Source: an uncultured bacterium (lineage in GTDB: Bacteria > Krumholzibacteriota > Krumholzibacteriia > JACNKJ01). Taken from it: a DNA stretch of 64,000 nt. Positions 39,092 through 50,187 of the stretch are shown piece by piece. The notes beneath the pieces were generated by a model, which made no database searches, was not told where the DNA came from, and saw only the letters and a list, made by a program, of their open reading frames with translations. Numbering within the stretch: position 1 is the stretch's first letter; each line of letters begins with the position of its first letter. The stretch lies in contig CAVOFT010000001.1 of assembly GCA_963695095.1 (NCBI GenBank), forward strand, positions 1,696,001 to 1,760,000, in the 5' to 3' direction. Position numbers and translations under genes: made by a program.

Positions 39092-40947
39092 TCGCCCGCC
39101 GCCCCGCGCGCCTCGCGCTCGCCGCGGTCCTGGCGCTGCTGCTCGGCCAGCTCGCCGGGCCCGGCCGCCTGGCCGCCCAGTATGGTGGGGAGGAGGAGGG
39201 GAGCGCGACCGCGCCCGCCCAGGCCGAAAGCATGGGCGGTGCCGAGGCCGCCGACCCGCATGCTGGCCACGTGCACACGCCCGCGCCGCCGGCCGCGCCG
39301 ACGAAGAACTTCCTCTCGCCGGAGAGCCGCGCGGCCCTGCGCCGGCTCAGCGTCCAGGATTTCCAGGGGCGCATGAAGCCGCTGGACACGCTGAGCCGCG
39401 AGATGGTGATGAAGATCACCAAGCGCTCGCACTTCGACGGCTGGGAGCCCGTGGACCTCTACCTGAGCTGGATGCTCTCGCCGCGTTACTGGTTCGACAA
39501 GCCGGTGGTCGCTGTCCGCTTCCCGGGCCTGAAGGACCGCCTCGGCGTCGATGCCGCGACGCGGGCCGTCAGCGCGGCCAGCCTGCTGGACGCCTCGGGC
39601 CAGTATCTGCTCAGCGAGGATGTCGAAAGCGCCCTGCGCACCGCCGATCGCGAGCGCAGCAAGCTGCAGCGGCAGCTGCTCACCTTCGACGAGCGCGTCA
39701 ACCTGCTCTTCATGAACTTCCAGCGCAGCACCTTGCGCATCTATCCGGTTCCGGAAGACGCGAACCACACCTGGCTGGCCATGGACCGCCTCAGCCAGCA
39801 GCTGCGCGGAGATGCGCGCTTCGAGGAGTTCCGCCGGGCCGACCAGGCGCTGTTCTCGGCGCTCGCCGCCGGCGACGACGGCGAGATCCGGGCAGCGGCG
39901 GCCATCGTCCGCGCCCTGCAGGACAAGTACGGCGCCGCCGTCGAGGTGAAGGACCAGGCGCTGGCCGCCGAGCTCTTCCTCAATGACCGGCAGCCCTTCG
40001 TGCGGGTGATTCCCGTCTACTTCCTGGCCTGGGCCCTGCTGCTCGCGGCCTACATCCTCAGCCTGGCGCGCCGCCGCGGCGAGGGCTTTCGCCTGCGCCA
40101 CCCCCTCTACCTGATCGGGTCCCTCGCCTACTGGCTCGCCCTGCTCGCCCACGTGACTGCCTTCGTGTTGCGCTGGATCGCCTCGGGGCGGGCGCCCCTG
40201 TCCAACGGTTACGAGTCGCTGATCTGGATCAGCCTGATGGTGGGTATCGCCGGCTTCCTCTTCGAGCTCAAGGACCGCCACGCCCTGATCGCCAGCCTGG
40301 GCGCCCTGCTCACCGCGGTGGTGCTCTCGGTCTCGCTGCTGTCCACCTTCGACCCGGCAATCGGGCCGCTGGTGCCGGTGCTCGCAAGCTACTGGCTGAA
40401 CATCCACGTCACCATCATCACGAGCAGCTACGGCTTCCTCGGGCTTTCCGCCCTGGTCGCCATGAGCATCCTCGTGCTCTATCTCTTCAAGGCGCCCGGC
40501 CGCACGACCGTGCAGGGCGCCATCCAGCGGCTGCATACGATGCACTGGTACGTGATGGTGAGCGGCCTGGGCCTGCTCAGCGTGGGCACCTTGCTGGGCG
40601 GCGTCTGGGCCAACGAATCCTGGGGCCGCTACTGGGGCTGGGACGCCAAGGAGACCTGGAGCCTGGTCACGATCCTCGTCTACGCGGCGGTCACGCACAT
40701 GCGCTTCATCCGCAGCGTGAGCGGGCCCTGGCCTGTGGCGACAGCGAGCTTCCTGTCCATCGCCTCGGTGATCATGACCTACTTCGGCGTGAACTACTTC
40801 CTGACCGGCCTGCACTCCTACGCTGCGGGGGCTCCGGTCCAGCTACCCAGCTGGGTTTACGTCGCCGTCGCCCTCGCCTTGCTGCTCATCCTCGCCTCCT
40901 GGGCCGTGGATCGCCGCCGCGATTGGGGGCAGGGGAAGCCCGCGTGA
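39088..40947 (+). CDS. ccsA: Cytochrome c biogenesis protein CcsA/ResC with N-terminal periplasmic domain
   Basis: GRMKPLDT, RW..SGRAPLSN.YES, WLNIHV, WWD motif WANESWGRYWGWDAKETW, GLHSY. Confidence 0.9.
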   Translation: MIARRPARLALAAVLALLLGQLAGPGRLAAQYGGEEEGSATAPAQAESMGGAEAADPHAGHVHTPAPPAAPTKNFLSPESRAALRRLSVQDFQGRMKPLDTLSREMVMKITKRSHFDGWEPVDLYLSWMLSPRYWFDKPVVAVRFPGLKDRLGVDAATRAVSAASLLDASGQYLLSEDVESALRTADRERSKLQRQLLTFDERVNLLFMNFQRSTLRIYPVPEDANHTWLAMDRLSQQLRGDARFEEFRRADQALFSALAAGDDGEIRAAAAIVRALQDKYGAAVEVKDQALAAELFLNDRQPFVRVIPVYFLAWALLLAAYILSLARRRGEGFRLRHPLYLIGSLAYWLALLAHVTAFVLRWIASGRAPLSNGYESLIWISLMVGIAGFLFELKDRHALIASLGALLTAVVLSVSLLSTFDPAIGPLVPVLASYWLNIHVTIITSSYGFLGLSALVAMSILVLYLFKAPGRTTVQGAIQRLHTMHWYVMVSGLGLLSVGTLLGGVWANESWGRYWGWDAKETWSLVTILVYAAVTHMRFIRSVSGPWPVATASFLSIASVIMTYFGVNYFLTGLHSYAAGAPVQLPSWVYVAVALALLLILASWAVDRRRDWGQGKPA

Positions 40948-41201
40948 GCGAGCGGCTGCGCATCACCGTCAAGCTCTTCGGTGCCTACCGCGACGCGGTG
41001 GGCGCCGAGTGCCTTGCGCGGGAAGTGAGCGCCGGCAGCACGCTGGAGGACGCCTGGCAGGCGCTCTGCGCTGACTGGCCCGATCTGGCGCCCCTGGCCG
41101 GCGCCCGCCTGGCCGCGATCAATCTCGACTACGCAGAGGGGAAGGCGCGGCTCGCCGATGGCGACGAGCTGGCCTTCTTCCCGCCGGTCTCGGGAGGCTG
41201 A
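40944..41201 (+). CDS. moaD: Molybdopterin synthase sulfur carrier MoaD
   Basis: VKLFG, AIN, DGDELAFFPPVSGG C-terminus. Confidence 0.92.
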   Translation: MSERLRITVKLFGAYRDAVGAECLAREVSAGSTLEDAWQALCADWPDLAPLAGARLAAINLDYAEGKARLADGDELAFFPPVSGG

Positions 41202-41202
41202 G

Positions 41203-41616
41203 GTGACGGAGGCCCCGCACTTTCTGATCACCAGCGAGCCCCTCGCGCTCGAACCGTTGCTGGCCGCCGTGGCCGCCCCTGAGCACGGCGCCGTCGTCGG
41301 CTTCCTCGGCGTCGTGCGCGCCGAGTCGGGGCTCGGCGCCCTCGACTACGAAGCCTATCCGGAGATGGCCGAGCGCAGCATGGCCGCGATCGCCGCCGAA
41401 CTGGCCGAGCGCCACGGGCCGCTGGCCCTGGCTGCTCATCACCGCGTCGGCCGCCTGGGCGTAGGGGAGATCTCCTTCGCCCTGGCCGTCGGCGCCGCCC
41501 ACCGGCGCGAGGCCTTCCTCGCCGCCGCCGCCTTCGTGGACCGACTCAAGGAGATCGTCCCCGTCTGGAAGACGGATCTCCCCGAGATCGCCGTGGACGA
41601 GGAGGAGCGAAGATGA
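41203..41616 (+). CDS. moaE: Molybdopterin synthase catalytic subunit MoaE
   Basis: GAVV.F.GVVR, YEAY..MA, HRVG, HRREAF, LK..VPVWK. Confidence 0.92.
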   Translation: MTEAPHFLITSEPLALEPLLAAVAAPEHGAVVGFLGVVRAESGLGALDYEAYPEMAERSMAAIAAELAERHGPLALAAHHRVGRLGVGEISFALAVGAAHRREAFLAAAAFVDRLKEIVPVWKTDLPEIAVDEEERR

Positions 41617-43107
41617 TGCGCATCAGCGTCGATGCGGCGGCTGCGGTCGCCGAACACGCCACGATCGTGGTTTTCGCAAAGGAGGGAGGCGGCATCGAGG
41701 CGGCCGGCCGCAGCCTGCCGGTGGCGGCGCGCGCTGCCGAGCTCCAGGCGCTCGGCGACTTCCGCGCCAAGCGCGGGGCGACCTGCCTGCATCTACGACG
41801 ACGCGCCGAGCGGCGGCCCGCGCCGCTGGCTGCTCGCGGGTCTGGGCACGGAGGCCCAGCAGGGCCCGCGCAGCTGGCGCACGGCCGCGGCCGCGGCGCA
41901 GACGGCCCTCGCCGAGCTGGGCGCCACCGAGGCCCTGCTCCTGCTCCCCGCGGGCGCGGACGCCGGCGAAGTGGCCACGGGCCTGCTGCTCTCCGGCTAC
42001 AAGTACGACCGCTACTTCAAGAACGGCGACGCCAAGGCAAAGCACCTGGAGTCCGCCCTGCTGCTGCCGGCGCCGGGCGCCGACGCGGCCGCGATCACGG
42101 CAGCCGTGGCGCGGGCGACCCGTCACGCCGCAGGAGTGGCCCTGGCCCGCGAACTGCTGAACGGCCCGGGCAACAGCGTCACGCCGGAAGCGCTCGCCGA
42201 GGCTGGGCGCGCGATCGCGGCCTTGCCCGGTGGCCGCGTGCGCTGCCAGGTGCTCGGTGAGGCCGAGCTGGCAGCCGAGAACTGCCGAGCCATCCTGGCC
42301 GTCGGCGCGGGTAGCGCCGAGGCGAGCCGCCTGATCGTCCTCGACTACAAGCCCGCCGGTCCGTCGCCGGCCAAGACCCTCGTCCTCGTCGGCAAGGGCG
42401 TCACCTTCGACAGTGGCGGCATCAGCATCAAGCCCTCCGCCGACATGCACGAGATGAAGTGGGACATGGGCGGCGCCGCCGCCGTGCTGGGTGTTTTCCG
42501 GACCCTCGCGGATACGCAGCTGCCCCTGCGCGTGATCGGCCTCGTGCCCGCCGTCGAGAACATGCCGGGCAGCCGCGCCTATCGGCCCGGGGACATCATC
42601 GTCGCCCGCAGCGGCCTGTCCATCGAGGTCAAGAACACGGACGCCGAGGGGCGCCTGATCCTGGCCGACGCCCTCGACTACGCGAAGCAGTACGACCCGG
42701 ACCTGCTCATCGACCTGGCCACGCTGACCGGCGCCTGCGTCGTCGCCCTCGCCCACGAGGCGGCCGGCCTGATGGCCAACGCCCGCGGCGAAGCCTATGC
42801 GGAAGCGCTGCGCGCGAGCGGCGAGCGCGTGGGCGAGCGGCTCTGGCCCCTGCCGCTCTGGGAAGACTACGACGAGCTGATCAAGAGCGAGGTGGCCGAC
42901 ATCTGCAACACGGGCGGCCGCCACGGCGGCGCGATCACCGCGGGCAAGTTCCTGCAGCGCTTCGCCGATCACGCGCCCTGGATCCACCTGGACATCGCCG
43001 GCACGGCCTGGACGGGAAAAGATCGGGACATCACGCCCAAGGGGGGCAACGGCTTCGGCGTAAGGCTCCTGCTCGATTTCTTGGAAAGCGGCGGCCTGGG
43101 CGGCTAG
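41613..43107 (+). CDS. pepA: Leucyl aminopeptidase (M17), frameshift near 41790
   Basis: VGKGVTFDSGG, MKWDMGGAA, NTDAEGRLIL, DLATLTGA; the N-terminus (MRISV..GDF) is in a different frame. Confidence 0.92.
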
Positions 43108-44343
43108 CTGTCGAGAGTCACGGCCGCGACGAGATCGTCCATCACGCGCGCCCGCTCGAAGCGGGGCAGCACGAAGCGCTGTCCCGCTTCGCCCATTCTG
43201 CGCGCGGCCGCGGGATCTGCGCGCAGGGCGGCGATGGCGGCGCGGAAACTCTCGAGATCTTCAGGCTCGGCGTAGAGACCGCCGCCGCTCTCCTCGAGCA
43301 GGGCGCGCGCCTCGCCCGGCACGGCCAGCAACACGGGCGGCGTAGAGGCCAGGTAGTCGAAGAGCTTGCTCGGCACGAAGCTCGCGAAGATGGGATCTCG
43401 CCTGAGGGTCACGAGCAGCAGGTCCGAGGCATTGAGGAAAGGCGCCGCCTGGTCGGTGGGCACCTGGGGATGCAGGATGACGCGCGGCGCCAGGCCCTCG
43501 GCGGCCACGCGCGCGGCCAGGTGGGCGGCGAGAGGGCCGTCGCCCAGAAAGAGGAAGGCCACGCGCTCGTCCTCGCGATAGCTGGCGGCCAGGTCGAGCG
43601 AGGAAGTCCATGCCCTGGGCGATGCCGAAGAGCCCCGCGAAGGTGACGAGGTAGGCGTCCGGCGCGATGCCCAGGCGCGCGCGCAGCGCGGGGTCCACGC
43701 GTTCGGGCCCGAAGAGCTCCCGCTGCGTGCCGTTGGGGAACCAGGCGAGCTTCGCGGCCGGCACGCCCTTCGCCTCGATCGCCGCGCCGAAGGCCCGCGT
43801 GACGACGGTGATGAAGCGCGCCCGCCGGTAGAGCCAGCGCTCCAGCGCCGCGGCGAGGCCCAGCGCTCGCGGGTTCTTCAGCTCGCCGAGGGCGACGGCC
43901 GCGTCGGGCCAGAGGTCGCGCACGTCCATGACGAAGGGCGCCCGGCGCAGGATGGCCAGCGCCGCCCCCGCGGCCGCCACCGGCAGGGGCGGGCTGGTGG
44001 CGACCACCAGGTCCACCTTGCCCAGGCGGCGGAACGCACAGAGCGTGGCCATCAGCATGTAGGAGAGGTAGAAGGCGAGCCGCGTGCGGAAGGTCTTCAC
44101 CGGGCTCGCCGCCACGCGCACGCGCAGGACGCGGAAGTCGTCGAGCTGGTCCCACTCCGTCCAGCGACCGCGGTAGCGTTCGGGGATCACGCCCTGGGGA
44201 TGATTCGGAAACTCGCAGATCACGGTGACGCGGTGGCCCGCGCGCGCGAAGGCGCGGGCCAGCTCGCGGGCGCGCGTCTGCGTGGCCCCCACCTCGGGGT
44301 GGAAGTACTGGGAGAGGACGAGGACGCCGAGTCTGCGCTTCAT
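43104..44343 (-). CDS. GT4 glycosyltransferase (WbuB-like), frameshift near 43600
   Basis: SQYFHPEVGA, FPNHPQG, TSPPL, DVRDLWPD, FAG.FG.AQG in one frame; GDG and PSKLFDYLA continue in ORF 43104-43562. Confidence 0.85.
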
Positions 44344-45529
44344 GGCGCGACTCCAGCGGCTGCCTGCGCGAGCACGCCGGCGTAGATGCGCTCGAGCGCT
44401 TCGGCGTGCGGCTCCCAGCCCCAGCCCGCGGCGCGGGCGTGGGCGGCCGCGGCCAGTCGCCGGCGCAGCGCTTCGTCCCGCGCGAGGCGGAGCAGCGCCG
44501 CGGAGAGGGTGGCGACCTCGGCGTCCGCGAGCAGCAGCCCTTCGCGTTCGTGCTCGACCAGGTCGGCGATGCCCTCGTCCACGGGGGCGATGACCGGCAG
44601 GCCGGCCGCCATCGCCTCCAGGTAGACGATGCCGAAGGCCTCGCCCGCGGCGGGCAGCGCGAAGACGTCCGCCTCGCGGTAGGCTGCGGCCAGCGCGCTG
44701 CGGCCCAGGCGCGGCTCCCAGTTCGCGGCGAGGCCCAGCCGGACCGCCTGGGCGCGCAGGCGGCCGGCCTCGGGGCCCTCGCCGACCAGGGTCAGCGTGG
44801 CGGCCTCGCCGGCGGCGGCGAGCTGGGCCATCGCCGCCAGCAGGCGATCCACGTTCTTGCTCGGGACGAGGTTGGCCACGCAGAGCACGCGCAGGGGCCC
44901 GCGGCGCGGGCCGGCCGGCGCGGGCGCGAGAAGAGCTCGCGGCGATAGCCGTTCCAGAGCACATGAGCGTGGGCGGTGGCGAGGCCGGCCTCCCGCGCGC
45001 GCTCGCGCGCGAGGCCGCTGGGGAAGATGAGCGCAGCCGCGGCGCCGAAGGCTGCCGCCAGCTCGGCCCGCACGGCCGGCGACCAGCGGGCGGCCCGCAG
45101 CACGTCCGAGCCGTGACTGGTGATCAGGTAGGGCAGGCCGAGGGCCGCAGCCAGGCGGCGGGCGGCGGCCCCGTCGGGCACGCCGGCGTGGGCGTGGACG
45201 AGATCGTAGCCCTCGGCCCGCAGCGGCGCGGGATCGATGGCGGCGGCCAGGCGGCGGCCGGCGCCGGCGAAGGCCAGGCGGCGGGGCAAGAGCAGGTAGC
45301 GGGGGTGCCGGACGGACAGGCCATCCAGGTCACGAGTGGCGGGGATGGCGGCCAGGCGCTGCCAGTCGGCGCTCAGCCAGGCCAGGCCGGGCGGCGTGCG
45401 CGGAATCCCCGCGATCACCCTGAGCGCGTGCCCGCGCGCCGCCAGGGCGAGCGCCTCCTCGTGCACGAAGACGCCGTAGTGCTCGCGGCCCGGCTGCGGA
45501 TACATGTGGCTGAGGACGAGGATGCGCAC
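44340..45529 (-). CDS. GT4 glycosyltransferase, frameshift near 44930
   Basis: RILVLSHMYP, HAH, HGSD in one frame; VANL...KN and EAFGIVYLEAMAAG in the next frame. Confidence 0.85.
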
Positions 45530-45615
45530 GGGCGGCGAGGGTAGCACCCGCACCCCCGGCAGGCAAGCGAGTACCGGCGCTTGCCTCTGCCGCCGGCAGC
45601 GTCTACCCTGGGCGC

Positions 45616-46002
45616 ATGGTGATCGGCATCGGCATCGACATCGCGAGTCCGGCGCGCCTGAGGCAGGCCTGGGGCCGGCGCGGGCCGCGCCTGCTCGCGC
45701 GGCTCTTCACGGCGGCCGAGCGCGCCGACTGCGAGCGCGCCCGCGATCCCTGGCCCGCCTATGCCGCCCGCTTCGCGGCCAAGGAGGCCCTGCTCAAGGC
45801 CCTCGGCACGGGCCTGCGCCAGGGGCTCTCCTGGCAGCAGATCGAAGTGCGCCACGAGCGCAGCGGCAAGCCGCTGCTCGCGCTGAGCGGACGCGCCGCG
45901 GCCAGGGCCGCCGCCCTGGGCGCTACCCGCATCCACGTCAGCCTCAGCGATTTGCCCGAACTGTCCGCCGCGCAGGTCATCCTCGAAGGCGAGGGCAGCT
46001 GA
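45616..46002 (+). CDS. acpS: Holo-[acyl-carrier-protein] synthase
   Basis: GIGIDI, FT..E, ARFAAKEA..KALGTG, GKP, VSLS. Confidence 0.95.
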   Translation: MVIGIGIDIASPARLRQAWGRRGPRLLARLFTAAERADCERARDPWPAYAARFAAKEALLKALGTGLRQGLSWQQIEVRHERSGKPLLALSGRAAARAAALGATRIHVSLSDLPELSAAQVILEGEGS

Positions 46003-46006
46003 TGCC

Positions 46007-46058
46007 TGAGCGGGGCTGCAGACTATGAATGAGCGGGGCTGCGGACTATGAATGAGCG
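46007..46058 (+). repeat. 23-bp tandem direct repeat (2 copies plus 6 bp) spanning the acpS-NYN junction
   Basis: tgagcggggctgcagactatgaa / tgagcggggctgcggactatgaa / tgagcg; one mismatch between copies. Confidence 0.9.
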
Positions 46059-46593
46059 CTGGGTGGACGGCTTCAACGTCATGCATCGCCTGGCCGACTG
46101 CGCCGAGCTGCTCGCGAGCGACCTCGAGGCCGCCAGGCGGCGCTTCCTCGGCCGGCTGGCGCCGCTGGTCTACGACAGCGGCGAGCGCTGGACGGTGGTC
46201 TTCGACGGGCCGCGCGCGGGGCGCGCCCGCGCGCCGGGGCCCATCGAAGTCGTCTACGCGCCGGACGCCGACGCCTGGCTCGTCGCCGCCCTCGAGCAGC
46301 ACCCGCGCCCGGCGCGGGTGACCGTGGTGAGCAGCGACGAGAAGGACATCGGCCGCCGGGCGCGCGCCCTCGGCGCCACCGTGCAGTCGGCGGCCGCCCT
46401 CGTGCGCGCCATGACGCAGGGGAGGGACGAGCCGCCGCCCGGGCCCGAAAAGCCCGAGCAGGTCAGCGCGGAGGACGTCGACTACTGGCTCGACGCCTTC
46501 GGCGGCGGCGCCTCGGGCGAACCGAAGCGCCGCTTCGACACGCTGGGCGGCGACCCGCCCCCGGATGCGGAGGAGACCCCGGAGCGCGCCTGA
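46048..46593 (+). CDS. NYN/PIN domain ribonuclease (YacP/Rae1-like)
   Basis: VDGFNV, VVFDG, DAD, VVSSD; acidic DVDYWLDAF tail. Confidence 0.8.
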   Translation: MNERWVDGFNVMHRLADCAELLASDLEAARRRFLGRLAPLVYDSGERWTVVFDGPRAGRARAPGPIEVVYAPDADAWLVAALEQHPRPARVTVVSSDEKDIGRRARALGATVQSAAALVRAMTQGRDEPPPGPEKPEQVSAEDVDYWLDAFGGGASGEPKRRFDTLGGDPPPDAEETPERA

Positions 46594-46594
46594 G

Positions 46595-49271
46595 CTAGGG
46601 CCCTGCGTCCGCTGCGCCGCTCGCATCGAGCAGAAGGTGCAGCGTGACGTCGATGCTGTCATCCAGGCCGCGCCGCGCCAGACGCGGCTTGCCGTCCAGC
46701 ACCAGGTAGACGATGGGCGCGGGGCCCTCGGGGCCCGCGAGCGAGGCGGCCGCCGGCGGCGGCAGCACGGCGAGTTCGCCGGGGAGGCCGGCCGCTGACA
46801 GCGCCGCGCGCCAGGGCGCGGGGTCGGCCAGTGGCCCTGACACGCCACTGAGGAAGACGGGCAGGAAGGGCAAGCTGCGGGCAGTCAGGCGCGGCGCCAA
46901 ACGCCCGCAGGCCGTGATCATCCGCGCGGCCGGCTCGCCGGCCGGGAAGAGCAGACAGAGGCGATCAGCCGCCGCCGGCAGGCCGCCGGCGGCGAGGGCG
47001 GCCTCGATCGCTGCGGGCGTGGCCCCGGCGAAGGCGCTCTCACCGAGCTCCCAGCCGGGTCCCACATCCAGCGGCAGGCTGACCTGGGTGAGTGCCCCGG
47101 ACTCCACGCGGAAGCGCTTCAGTCGCCCGTAGACGCTGCCGCCGGGCACGCGATTGGCCGTGCTGAAGATGAACTCCCCCGCATCCCAGTCCTGCTCACC
47201 CAGGATGGGTTCCCACCAGGGGCTCTGGCAAGCCCCGCCCTTCAGGCGCGCCACGTTGAAGTGGCGGTAGGATTCGGCCAGCGAGTCAGGCAGCCCGCCG
47301 CGGGTCACGGTGAGCGCGAGCCGGCCGAGGGCGGGTCCCGCGTCGCCGGCGGCCGCGATGAGCGCGGCGGCCTCGGGTTCCAGCGCGCGCCACTCGCCCA
47401 GCCACAGCTCGCAGACGGCGTAGCGCAGGCGGGCCGGCCAGCCGTTGCGTCGCAAGAGGCCCACCAGGCAGACGGCGAGGTCGTCCTTCGTGCCGAGCCC
47501 AAGGGCCCAGCACTGGGCGGGATCGAGCGGGCTGCCGTGATAGCTGCCCGGCTCCACCTGCACCCGGGCGTGGAAGGTGGCGAGCAGCGCGTCCAGGCTG
47601 GACTCCAGGTCGGTCGCCAGGGGGAGGAGCGGCAGCCCACTGCGCCAGGCGGCGGCCGCCTCGCGGTCGATGCGATTGGGCAGCAGCCCCGCGCGGACGA
47701 TGCTGTCCGGCAGGGCGAGGCCGAGCGCTGCCAGCCGCCTGCGCTGGGCCTGGGCGACGGCGAGCTCGGAGGCGATGGTCTCCTCGTCGAGCTCGATGAG
47801 ATCCTTGTCATCCATCGCCTCGAGCACGGCGAGCAGATCCTCGCGGGCCGGGGAGTCCGGCGCCGCAGCCAGCAGCGCGAAGAGCAGCGAAGCGCGCGCC
47901 AGCGGCTTGTCAGCCAGAAGCGCGGCAAACCTTCCGGCCTGCCGCGCGGGCAGTGCCTCCAGGCGCGCGCTCTCTTCCGGGCGAGGCCGCGCGCAACTTG
48001 CGGCGATCGGCCTCGCGCGCCGCGATGCCGCGGGCGAGGGCGGCTTCCTCCGCTGCGCTGACGAGGTCCAGATCGCGGGCGGGCGCGCGTCGCCCTCGGG
48101 GTAGCGGAGCCAGAAGCCGGGGGCGGCCTCGAGGTCGTAGCGATCGGTCGCATTCAGCGTGACATCGAGGCGAGCGCCGCCGGCGCCGCCGACGACGCGC
48201 AGGTAGAGCGTGGAGTCGCTGCCCGCGGTCAGGGCGTACTCGCCGGGGCCGAGCACGATCTCGTCGCCGCTCGCGACCTTGGCCAGCGGGCGCAGGCTGC
48301 CGAAGTTGAGCACGTTGACGGTCAGCTCGGGCGCGCAGCTCGCCGCCAGCGCCGGGGCGAGGGCGGCGCGCAGGCGGATGGGATCGCCGTAGACGGCCGT
48401 CGAGTTGATGAGGGTCGCGCCCTGCTCGGCGCGATAGAGGGGCTCCGGCGCCGGATCGAACTCGCCGTAGGCCGCCGAGCGCACGAAGCCCGCGCGGCGC
48501 GCGGCGCCGGTGAACCAGGCGCGGTCCAGGCAGCGGTCGGGCTCGCAGCCGCCGAGATAGTGCCAGGCGCCGTCTGTCCACACCTCGACCCAGGCGTGGT
48601 TGCTGTCGGTGAAGGTCCAGTAGGGCGTGGCGCAGCTGCGCGCGGGCAGCCCCGCCGCGCGCAGCGCGCAGACGGCGAGGATGGTCTCCTCCTCGCAGCG
48701 GCCCAGCCCGCGGGCGATGGTGCCGAGGGGGCCGAGGTCGCGGCCGCTCGACGGCGTGTAGGTGGCCTGCTCGCGGCACCAGCGGTTGACGGCCAGCGCC
48801 GCGGCCTCCATCGAGGGCGCGCCGGCGATGCGCGGCGCCAGCGCACGGGCGAAGGCGGCCCGCCAGGCCTGCGCCGGCTCCTGGCTGACGCGATGCGGCA
48901 CCACGAAGCGCAGCCAGAGCGCGCGCGGCATCTGCCTCGCGCCAGGGCGACTGGCGATAGGCGGCCGCGGCGTGCTCGACGTGCTCGCGCAGGAGGGGCA
49001 GGTCCAGCGCGGCGCAGTCGGACAGCGGCAGCCAGGCGAGGATCCAGCGCGCGGCCTCGTCCTCCAGGCTGCCGGCGGGCAGGGTCTCCAGCCAGGCGGC
49101 GATGCGCTGGCCGTCGAGGTGGCGGGCCAGCGTGGCCTCGACGCGGGCGTCCAGCGCGTCGGCGGGGGCGCGGCGCGACGCGGCCGCCGCGGGCCCGGCC
49201 AGGGCGACGACGAGGGCGAGGGCGAGGCAAGCGTGAAGGCGGCGAAGCGGCGGGCGGTGCGGCGAGGCCAT
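46595..49271 (-). CDS. Exported transglutaminase-like domain protein, frameshifts near 48935, 48080 and 47985
   Basis: Signal peptide in the frame of ORF 47910-49526; FVVPHRV..EP and the triad region GRCEEE...NHAWVEVW...GGCEPD in ORF 46595-49285. Confidence 0.75.
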
Positions 49272-49409
49272 TGGCGACCTCGCACTCGGGAATGGGGGAA
49301 TCGCGCGCGAGTCTGCGCCGCGCGTGGGCGCGGACAAGCGCTTTCGGCTCGCGCTTGGCGGCGGCGCCGCTCGCTCTGCTAGGCTGGCCCGATGCGAGAG
49401 GAGAGCCGC

Positions 49410-50187
49410 GTGAAGCTGGCGAGCTGGAACGTCAACGGCATTCGCGCCGTCCAGCGCAAGGGCGCGCTGGACTGGATCTGGAACTCGGACCTGGACGCGG
49501 TCTGCCTGCAGGAGACCAAGGCCCATCCCGAGCAGCTCGAGCCGGCGCTCACCGCGCCGCCTGGCTGGCGCGCGCAGCTGGGCCGCGGCCGAGAAGAAGG
49601 GCTACAGCGGCGTGGCCACCTATCGTGCGCGAGGGGATCGGCCGTGGCCGGCGAGCGCGCGGGCTTCGGGGTGAAGCGCTTCGACAGCGAGGGGCGCACG
49701 CTGGTCACCGACTTCGGCGCCTTTCTCCTCTACAACGTCTACTTCCCCAACGGCAAGGCCAGCGAGGAGCGCCTCGCCTACAAGATGGACTTCTACGCCG
49801 CCTTCCGGAAGCACGTGAACGCGCAGGTGAAGAGCGGCAGGCGCGTGGTGATTTGCGGCGACGTCAACACGGCCCACCGGCCCATCGATCTCGCGCGGCC
49901 CGAGGAGAACGAGAAGATCAGCGGCTTCCTGCCCGAGGAGCGCGCCTGGCTGGACGCCTTCACCAAGGACGGCTGGGTCGACACCTTTCGCGCAGTGCAG
50001 GGCGACACGCCGGACGTCTACACCTGGTGGAGCCAGCGCTCGGGCGCGCGCCTGCGCAACATCGGCTGGCGCATCGACTACTTCTTCGTGGACGCGGGGC
50101 TGCGCCCGGCCCTGCTGCGATGCCTGGATCCGGCCCGAGCTCATGGGCTCCGATCACTGCCCGCTGGGCATCGAGCTCTCGCTCTAG
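49410..50187 (+). CDS. xth: Exodeoxyribonuclease III, with a compensating frameshift pair (~49575-49630) and a frameshift near 50115
   Basis: SWNVNGIRA, LQETK, YFPNG, GDVN, GWRIDY; KGYSGVATY and GSDHCP lie in shifted frames; stop TAG at 50185-50187. Confidence 0.9.

Noticed and set aside
46007..46058. Direct repeat as a CRISPR remnant or att/target-site duplication
   Set aside because: Copies are adjacent with no spacer, and no cas, integrase or transposase gene is nearby
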